Made by a program: the position numbers and the translations under genes | Notes under the pieces: generated by a model | Told to the model about the DNA's origin: nothing | Databases searched by the model: none | What the model saw: only the letters and a program-made list of their open reading frames with translations | Virus record (IMG/VR): IMGVR_UViG_2562617076_000004 | DNA length: 64,000 bases | Source of the DNA: an uncultured virus (IMG/VR IMGVR_UViG_2562617076_000004) | Lineage: Duplodnaviria > Heunggongvirae > Uroviricota > Caudoviricetes | Strand: one strand, 5' to 3' | Shown: in pieces, positions 57,435 through 64,000 of the stretch | Layout of the letters: every line of letters begins with the position of its first letter | Numbering within the stretch: the stretch's first letter is position 1

Positions 57435-57790
57435 CGTTGTATATCGGTATGAGCAGGAATGACGGGCAGGCCATTTCAGATACAGACCATCTGCGCCAGT
57501 CGGTGCGGGATATTCTGCTGACGCCGCAGGGCAGCCGTCTTGCCCGCCGGGAATATGGCTCCCTGCTGTCTGCCCTGATTGACCAGCCGCAGAACCCGGC
57601 GCTGCGCCTGCAGATTATGTCTGCGGTCTATGTGGCGCTGAACCGCTGGGAACCGCGCCTTACGCTGGACTCCATCACCATCAGCGGCAATTTTGACGGC
57701 TCGATGGCGGTTGAGATTACCGGACACAGCAATAACGGCGCGCCGGTTTCCCTTTCCGTTTCAACAGGAGCAGACAATGGCAGTCATTGA
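57431..57790 (+). CDS. Baseplate W (gp25 family)
   Basis: ILLTPQGSR..RREYGS and WEPR motifs. Confidence 0.93.
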   Translation: MTLYIGMSRNDGQAISDTDHLRQSVRDILLTPQGSRLARREYGSLLSALIDQPQNPALRLQIMSAVYVALNRWEPRLTLDSITISGNFDGSMAVEITGHSNNGAPVSLSVSTGADNGSH

Positions 57791-58685
57791 CCTTTCCCAA
57801 CTACCGCCGCCGCAGATTGTGGACGTGCCGGACTTTGAGGCATTGCTGGCAGAGCGTAAGGCCGCCTTTGTGGCCCTTCATCCGGCTGATGAACAGGAGG
57901 CTGTTATGCGCACGTTAGCGCTGGAGTCAGAACCTGTCACTAAACTGCTGCAGGAAAATACTTACCGCGAAATCCTGCTGCGCCAGCGAATTAATGAGGC
58001 TGCCCAGGCGGTCATGGTGGCCTATTCAATGGGAAATGACCTTGAGCAACTGGCAGCCAACTGCAACGTGAAACGCCTGACGGTAGTGCCTGCAGATAAT
58101 GATGCAGTGCCGCCGGTCGCCGCAGTGATGGAAGATGATGAGGCGCTACGCCAGCGCATCCCTGCTGCGTTTGAGGGGTTGTCGGTTGCTGGCCCGACGG
58201 GAGCCTATGAATTTCACGCCAGAAGTGCGGACGGACGTGTGGCAGATGCCAGCGCAACCAGTCCGGCTCCTGCAGAGGTGGTACTTACCGTGCTGAGCCG
58301 GGAGGGTGACGGTACAGCAGTAAAAGACCTGCTGGATGTGGTTGAAAAAGCCCTGAACAGTGAGAGTGTACGCCCGGTGGCTGACCGTCTGACGGTTCGT
58401 GGTGCGGAGATCATACCGTACCGGGTGGAGGCTACCATTTTTCTTTATCCGGGGCCGGAAGCGGAGCCTGTTATGGCGGCGGCAAAAGCCAGCCTGCAGA
58501 AGTACATCGCCAGTCAGACGAGGCTGGGACGTGATATCCGCCGCAGCGCCATTTATGCCGCGCTGCACGTGGAGGGCGTCCAGCGTGTGGAGCTGACGTC
58601 CCCTCTGGAGGATGTGGTGCTGGATAAGACGCAGGCGGCATCCTGTACTGCATGGAGCGTTACCAACGGGGGCACGGATGAATAG
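57777..58685 (+). CDS. Baseplate J
   Basis: IDLSQLPPP and SVAGPTGAY motifs. Confidence 0.94.
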   Translation: MAVIDLSQLPPPQIVDVPDFEALLAERKAAFVALHPADEQEAVMRTLALESEPVTKLLQENTYREILLRQRINEAAQAVMVAYSMGNDLEQLAANCNVKRLTVVPADNDAVPPVAAVMEDDEALRQRIPAAFEGLSVAGPTGAYEFHARSADGRVADASATSPAPAEVVLTVLSREGDGTAVKDLLDVVEKALNSESVRPVADRLTVRGAEIIPYRVEATIFLYPGPEAEPVMAAAKASLQKYIASQTRLGRDIRRSAIYAALHVEGVQRVELTSPLEDVVLDKTQAASCTAWSVTNGGTDE

Positions 58686-59283
58686 TCTGTTGCCGCCGGG
58701 TTCGTCGCCGCTTGAGCGCCGACTGGCGCAGACCTGCAGCGGGATTTCCGATCTGCAGGTATCGCTGCGTGATTTGTGGAACCCGGCAACCTGCCAGATC
58801 AGATTCCTGCCTTATCTGGCCTGGGCGTTTTCCGTTGACCGCTGGGATGAAAGCTGGACAGAAAATGTCAAACGCCGTGTGGTGCAGGATGCTTTCTATA
58901 TCCATCAGCATAAAGGAACAACCAGCGCCGTGCGGCGTGTAGTTGAGCCGTTCGGCTTCCTGATCCGCATCATTGAGTGGTGGCAGACCGGCGAAACGCC
59001 GGGGACGTTCCGTCTGGATATTGGCGTACAGGATCATGGTATCACCGAAGACACCTATCTGGAGCTTGAGCGCCTGATAAGCGATGCCAAACCATGCAGC
59101 CGCCACATGACAGGTATGTCCATTAATATGCAGACCAGCGGCCCTTACTGGGTTGGCGCAGCCAGCTACCTTGGCGAAGAAATCACGGTGTATCCGTATA
59201 TCAACGAAACCATCATTTCCGGCGGCACCGCACATGAAGGCGGGGCAGTCCATGTTATTGACACAATGAGAGTGAACCCATGA
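58678..59283 (+). CDS. Tail protein I
   Basis: LLPPGSS, LPYLAWAFSVD and HKGT motifs. Confidence 0.94.
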   Translation: MNSLLPPGSSPLERRLAQTCSGISDLQVSLRDLWNPATCQIRFLPYLAWAFSVDRWDESWTENVKRRVVQDAFYIHQHKGTTSAVRRVVEPFGFLIRIIEWWQTGETPGTFRLDIGVQDHGITEDTYLELERLISDAKPCSRHMTGMSINMQTSGPYWVGAASYLGEEITVYPYINETIISGGTAHEGGAVHVIDTMRVNP

Positions 59284-61058
59284 GCGCAAAATTTTATACC
59301 CTGCTGACGGACATCGGCGCGGCGAAACTGGCAAGCGCCACCGCGCTCGGTATCCCGCTGAAAATTACCCATATGGCGGTGGGCGACGGTGGCGGTGTGC
59401 TGCCCACACCCAGCGCACAACAGACCGCGTTAGTTGCTGAGAGGCGCCGCGCAGCGCTGAATATGTTGTATATCGACCCGCAGAACAACAGCCAGATTAT
59501 TGCTGAGCAGGTAATCCCGGAAACTGAGGGCGGGTGGTGGATTCGTGAGGTCGGCCTGTTTGATGAAACCGGTGCGCTGATCGCTGTGGGTAACTGCCCT
59601 GAGAGCTACAAGCCGCAGCTGACAGAAGGGAGCGGACGTACGCAGACCGTGCGCATGGTACTGATTACCAGCAGCACCGATAACATCACCCTGAAAATTG
59701 ACCCTGCAGTAGTGCTGGCAACCCGTAAATATGTAGATGATAAGGCGCTGGAGCTGAAGGTATATGTAGACGACCTGATGGCAAAGCATCTTGCTGCACC
59801 GGACCCGCATTCACAGTATGCGCAGAAGGACAGTCCGACACTCACAGGGATTCCAAAGGTACCGACGCCAGCGGCGGGTAACAGCACTAAACAGATTGCA
59901 AACACGGAATTTGTGGCATCGTCTATCGCGGCAATGGTGGATTCTGCGCCTGCAGCACTGGATACGCTGAACGAGCTGGCAGCGGCTCTGGGGAATGACC
60001 CGAACTTTGCCACGACGATGATAAACGCTCTGGCTGGAAAGCAACCGCTGGACAATACACTGACGAATTTAAGCGGAAAAGATATCGCCGGCCTTCTCAC
60101 ATACCTCGGTTTAGGCGAAACGATAAATCTGGCAAAAAATGCCGTCCCGGCGACACGGCGGGTTAACAGTAAACCACTGACCGGTGATATCACTTTGTGG
60201 GCGTCAGATGTGGGGGCCATTTCCGCCGATGCTGTTGGAGAAATTACCGATAACGGCACGATGGCATCAGCTAATACACCTGGATGGTGGCGGGTGTCAG
60301 TGTCCAACTCTGACTCAGTTGCTGATTTTCCCACCTATCCGGATGGCAGTAAGCTGTACAGCTATGGATATCTGTTTGTTGAGAAAATCGGGGAAGTCTG
60401 GTTTCAGCACTATTACGCGCATATGGGCGCGAACGCAAAGCGCCAGGACTGGGGAACTGTACCGAATACCAGCCGCCCGTGGATTGTTGACTACAACACA
60501 GCTAATAAGCCCACAGCAAATGACGTTCAGGCGCTGCCCATTGCCGGAGGACGTCTTAACGGTCCGCTAAGCATTGGTACTGATAATGCGCTGGGCGGCA
60601 ATTCGATCGTTCTTGGTGATAATGACACTGGTTTTAAACAGAACGGCGATGGCGTGCTTGATGTTTACTCGAACTACACACATGTATTACGTTTCATCGG
60701 TAATCTTGTGGAGAGCATGGTTTCCCTGAAAGTAAACGGAAACGCTGTAGCTACAGGCGAAGTACAGGCAGGAAATGGCACGTCACGCATGGCTGGTAAC
60801 GGGGATATTTTTGGTAATGTCTGGAACGGCTGGCTAAGTACACATCTGAATAATAATCTCGTCGCAGATGTTCAATTAGGGGCTGGCACATCAGTGGCTA
60901 CCTGGAACAATGCAGGTTCCTGGCCTAACACCCCCGGATATGTAGTTACCTCCGTCTGGAAAGATAATCAAGGCGAAAATATTGATGGCATTGCTTATGC
61001 GCCTTTGCAAAAAAGATTAGGTATTCAGTGGTATACCGTACAAGGGGGGACGGCATAA
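59280..61058 (+). CDS. Tail fibre H (constant N-terminus plus currently expressed variable C-terminus)
   Basis: P2 H N-terminus; invertase crossover site at LTYLGLGE. Confidence 0.94.
   Translation: MSAKFYTLLTDIGAAKLASATALGIPLKITHMAVGDGGGVLPTPSAQQTALVAERRRAALNMLYIDPQNNSQIIAEQVIPETEGGWWIREVGLFDETGALIAVGNCPESYKPQLTEGSGRTQTVRMVLITSSTDNITLKIDPAVVLATRKYVDDKALELKVYVDDLMAKHLAAPDPHSQYAQKDSPTLTGIPKVPTPAAGNSTKQIANTEFVASSIAAMVDSAPAALDTLNELAAALGNDPNFATTMINALAGKQPLDNTLTNLSGKDIAGLLTYLGLGETINLAKNAVPATRRVNSKPLTGDITLWASDVGAISADAVGEITDNGTMASANTPGWWRVSVSNSDSVADFPTYPDGSKLYSYGYLFVEKIGEVWFQHYYAHMGANAKRQDWGTVPNTSRPWIVDYNTANKPTANDVQALPIAGGRLNGPLSIGTDNALGGNSIVLGDNDTGFKQNGDGVLDVYSNYTHVLRFIGNLVESMVSLKVNGNAVATGEVQAGNGTSRMAGNGDIFGNVWNGWLSTHLNNNLVADVQLGAGTSVATWNNAGSWPNTPGYVVTSVWKDNQGENIDGIAYAPLQKRLGIQWYTVQGGTA
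60094..60119. promoter_or_regulatory. Invertase crossover site (fix/gix-like), left
   Basis: TTCTCACATACC-TC-GGTTTAGGCGAA. Confidence 0.85.
60103..60198. repeat. 96-bp inverted repeat, left copy (partner at 62928-63023)
   Basis: ACCTCGGTTTAGGCG...GATATCACTTTGT present in inverted orientation. Confidence 0.93.
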
Positions 61059-61645
61059 TGAAAAAATATCAGGACATTAAAAATTTCAGACTTATTGACG
61101 CCCCCGTAAACAGGGGGAAAACGCAGTCCGAAATAAATATAGGTGCATATTTTCTGGAATCAGAAGACGGGCAGGACTGGTATGAATGTCAGTCATTATT
61201 TTCTGATGATACCGCAAAAATCATGTACGACCATGAGGGGGTTATCTGGGGGGTTATTAATAAGCCAGTCCCGCAACGTGGAAACACATATGCTGTATCA
61301 ATGCTGTGGCCGGTTAATATGTCTGTTGCGGAAATAGACGCTGCTGACTGTCCTGATGATTGCCGTGGTGATGGCTCATGGTTGTACAGAGATGGTAAGG
61401 TTTTACCCGTTCCGGTGGATTATCAGGCTAAGGCCGAAACCACCCGACAGAAACTACTGGATGCCGCTAACAGCGCCATTGCCGACTGGCGAACCGAACT
61501 GGCGTTGGGTGAAATCAGTGACGACGATAAGGCCAGCCTGACTAAATGGATGGCGTATATCAGGGAGCTTAAATCACTGGTTTTAACAGGCATTTCAAAC
61601 GAGGCCACCTTTAATAAAATACAGTGGCCTGTATTACCACAATAA
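61058..61645 (+). CDS. Tail fibre assembly protein (expressed orientation)
   Basis: SEDGQDWY...WPVLP. Confidence 0.9.
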   Translation: MKKYQDIKNFRLIDAPVNRGKTQSEINIGAYFLESEDGQDWYECQSLFSDDTAKIMYDHEGVIWGVINKPVPQRGNTYAVSMLWPVNMSVAEIDAADCPDDCRGDGSWLYRDGKVLPVPVDYQAKAETTRQKLLDAANSAIADWRTELALGEISDDDKASLTKWMAYIRELKSLVLTGISNEATFNKIQWPVLPQ

Positions 61646-61648
61646 TAA

Positions 61649-62188
61649 TTAATGACTGGCCGGTTTCTCCGGCCAGTCAGGGGCAGATGTATCCACCCGA
61701 CTGACCAGAACGCTGTATTGTTCCCATGCCACCAGTCGCTGCTGCTCCTCATCGGTGACGATACCCAGCTTTACTGCCCGCGCCAGCGGGGTAATAACGG
61801 TCTCGGCCTCTTCGAGCAGTTTTACCTTTTTCGCTTCTACTTGCTGGCGCAGTTCTTCCGGTGTATAAACCCGCCTAATTATCTGCTCACGTTCGCCATC
61901 ATACATCCAGCGTCCTGACACATCTGCCCGGCGATTAGCTGTGATATCCGGTAATTCAACAACGCTGCGCCCTTCAGGATTTATTTTCGACGCATCTTTA
62001 TTGATTGCCACAATTATATTACTTTTGTCGTAGGCAACTTTTAGCGTGTCTGCTGCAAAATTTTTCTGTTCCTCATACCAGTTTTTACCTTTTTCATCAT
62101 ACAGCCAAACCACACCAAATTTTTTAGTGAGTTGATACTGATCAGGCGTTTTTGGATTACCGGCTACGATATTTTTTAGATGCATCAT
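61649..62188 (-). CDS. Alternative tail fibre assembly protein (silent orientation)
   Basis: GKNWYE...[13 protein letters not shown]. Confidence 0.9.
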   Translation of the reverse strand: MMHLKNIVAGNPKTPDQYQLTKKFGVVWLYDEKGKNWYEEQKNFAADTLKVAYDKSNIIVAINKDASKINPEGRSVVELPDITANRRADVSGRWMYDGEREQIIRRVYTPEELRQQVEAKKVKLLEEAETVITPLARAVKLGIVTDEEQQRLVAWEQYSVLVSRVDTSAPDWPEKPASH

Positions 62189-62190
62189 AA

Positions 62191-63020
62191 TTAAACACTC
62201 GTCACGTTATACCACTGGTTGCCAATCAATTTTTGCATTGGACGTCTTCCGAGACCGTCAATAAGCTCATCACCATTGCCGTTAGTTGCCGCTGTCAGTA
62301 CATAACCAGGTGTATCACTGAATCCCGGGCCCATCCATGCCTGTCCAGATTCATAACTACCCAGACGGAAATCCTGTACGTATCGGCTGTCAAAATTACC
62401 GTAGTCTGTTGGCGTTAATCGTCCGGTAACATTGATGGATTTTTTACTCTCCAGTGTGTCGTTCTGAAAGCGGAATACCTGAACACCATTAGCATAAATA
62501 TCCAGTAGACCATCGCCGTTTTGTTTTAAGCCGGTATCGTTATCGCCTAATACAATAGAACTACCTCCCAATATATTAGGTGTACCGATACCGAGATTAC
62601 CGTTAATTACGCCACCACTAACAGGTAATGCACCGACATCACCTGCGGATGGTTTTCGTGTTGTGGTATAAAATTCAGTCCAGTCAAGTTCAAAGCCAAA
62701 ATCGTCGCGTGCCGAACGGTAGGAAATACCGCCATTCTTGTAATTCACACAAAACTGCACTGCCGGACAACTGCCGATATTCATATTAAAATGCAAAATC
62801 AGCTTGGATGCACCTCCAGTAGGAACGTTGTAAACACCGCTTTTCCAGTTCCAGCCGACTGATTTGTCATTTTCCAGTGTGTAGTCTCCCGTCATCCCCA
62901 GCGCGAATGCATTCACATCAGCAGCTGACAAAGTGATATCACCGGTCAGTGGTTTACTGTTAACCCGCCGTGTCGCCGGGACGGCATTTTTTGCCAGATT
63001 TATCGTTTCGCCTAAACCGA
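62191..63020 (-). CDS. Alternative tail fibre C-terminus (silent; fused to H on inversion)
   Basis: Begins [31 protein letters not shown], identical to H at the crossover. Confidence 0.9.
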
Positions 63021-63032
63021 GGTTTATGAAAA
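63007..63032. promoter_or_regulatory. Invertase crossover site (fix/gix-like), right
   Basis: TTCGCCTAAACC-GA-GGTTTATGAAAA. Confidence 0.85.
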
Positions 63033-63086
63033 TGCAGAAAACGGTCGTAAATGGCATGATCCCAGCCTTTTGCGAGGGGGCCTGTT

Positions 63087-63644
63087 GTGCAAATTGGCTA
63101 TGTACGGGTGTCAACAAATGACCAGAATACTGATTTACAGCGAAACGCGCTGAATTGCGCAGGATGTGAACTGATTTTTGAAGACAAAATAAGCGGGACC
63201 AAATCAGAAAGGCCCGGATTAAAAAAGTTGCTCAGGACGTTATCAGAAGGGGACACACTAGTTGTATGGAAGCTTGATCGCCTGGGTCGCAGTATGCGTC
63301 ATCTGGTCGTTCTGGTAGAGGAGCTACGGGAGCGTGGCATTAATTTCCGCAGTCTTACGGATAGCATAGATACTTCCACACCAATGGGGCGTTTCTTTTT
63401 CCATATCATGGGCGCACTCGCTGAAATGGAGAGGGAATTAATTGTGGAAAGGACCCGCGCCGGACTTGCCGCTGCGAGGGCGCAAGGGCGAGTCGGTGGC
63501 AGGCGTCCAAAGCTCACTCCGGAGCAATGGGAGCAGGCCGGACGGTTGCTTGCCGCCGGTGAAACTCGTCATCGTGTTGGATTACTTTTTGATGTTAGCA
63601 TTTCCACTCTTTACAAGAAATTCCCTGTAAATCAGTCGCGTTGA
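63087..63644 (+). CDS. fin: Hin/Gin/Pin-family DNA invertase (Fin-like)
   Basis: IGYVRVSTNDQN and VVWKLDRLGRS; closely similar to Hin; adjacent to the cassette. Confidence 0.9.
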   Translation: MQIGYVRVSTNDQNTDLQRNALNCAGCELIFEDKISGTKSERPGLKKLLRTLSEGDTLVVWKLDRLGRSMRHLVVLVEELRERGINFRSLTDSIDTSTPMGRFFFHIMGALAEMERELIVERTRAGLAAARAQGRVGGRRPKLTPEQWEQAGRLLAAGETRHRVGLLFDVSISTLYKKFPVNQSR

Positions 63645-63656
63645 AAGTGGCGATAT

Positions 63657-63674
63657 TGTACCAGCACTGACACA
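63657..63674. promoter_or_regulatory. Ogr-type late activator site upstream of FI
   Basis: TGT-N12-ACA. Confidence 0.68.
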
Positions 63675-63746
63675 TCGTGAAATACGTGCGCCGCACGCCT
63701 GGCAACCAGAACATAAGGTATTCCTGTCAACCGGAGAGACTGCCTT

Positions 63747-64000
63747 ATGGCTCAGGATTACCACCACGGGGTGCGCGTTGTTGAAATCAACGAGGGCACC
63801 CGACCTATTACCACGGTGAGCACTGCCATCGTGGGCATGGTCTGCACCGGCGATGATGCTGATGCGTCCGTGTTCCCCCTCAATAAGCCGGTCCTGCTGA
63901 CTGATGTGCTCACCGCCAGCGGTAAAGCGGGGGAGTCCGGCACGCTGGCCCGCTCGCTGGACGCGATTGCAGATCAGGCAAAACCCGTGACTGTCGTTGT
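63747..64000 (+). CDS. Tail sheath protein FI (partial)
   Basis: [21 protein letters not shown]...; runs off the window. Confidence 0.92.
   Translation, partial: MAQDYHHGVRVVEINEGTRPITTVSTAIVGMVCTGDDADASVFPLNKPVLLTDVLTASGKAGESGTLARSLDAIADQAKPVTVV

Larger units (their letters stand above)
60106..63020. mobile_element. Invertible tail-fibre cassette (~2.9 kb)
   Basis: Two head-to-head fibre-tip + assembly gene pairs between inverted crossover sites, next to an invertase. Confidence 0.92.
35736..64000. mobile_element. Prophage 2: Fels-2/186-like P2-family prophage (continues past the window end)
   Basis: int-cI-apl-cII-dam-A-tum, cos, Q-P-O-N-M-L-X-lysis-R-S-V-W-J-I-H-G, invertase, FI. Confidence 0.95.

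Noticed and set aside
60103..63023. Diversity-generating retroelement in the tail fibre
   Set aside because: Repeats are inverted and identical, and no reverse transcriptase is present; explained by the invertase
635..63032. Large hix x fix rearrangement
   Set aside because: Central dinucleotides differ (TT/AA versus TC/GA), which blocks productive serine-invertase exchange
63021..63117. N-terminal extension of the 308-aa fibre ORF as an independent gene start
   Set aside because: Lies outside the crossover site and overlaps the invertase start; the fragment is a silent cassette

Overview
This is a Salmonella enterica chromosomal region downstream of the tmRNA gene; ssrA itself is inferred to lie beyond the right edge, on the minus strand. 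Bases 1-2.8 kb hold the phase-2 flagellin locus hin-hixR-fljB(H:1,2-type)-fljA, with the H segment in the fljB-OFF orientation. Two P2-superfamily prophages follow in tandem, delimited by ssrA 3'-end fragments at 3320-3360 (damaged, 4-bp deletion) and 35736-35780 (intact). Prophage 1 (~3.3-35.8 kb) has HP1-type structural genes and appears complete. Prophage 2 (35.7 kb to beyond the window) is Fels-2/186-like, with a Fin-type invertible tail-fibre cassette. Accessory cargo includes: a membrane protein appended to the cI-int operon, a standalone PIN-domain protein, an unannotated DinQ/TisB-like type I toxin-antitoxin locus with a readable RNA switch and no LexA box, a probable fossil attP plus dead integrase, an antisense Pro-rich-peptide + 2-TM cassette, an uncharacterised two-gene operon in the P2 defence hotspot, SieB and AIPR. 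Family assignments come from recognised motifs and gene order; no database searches were run.
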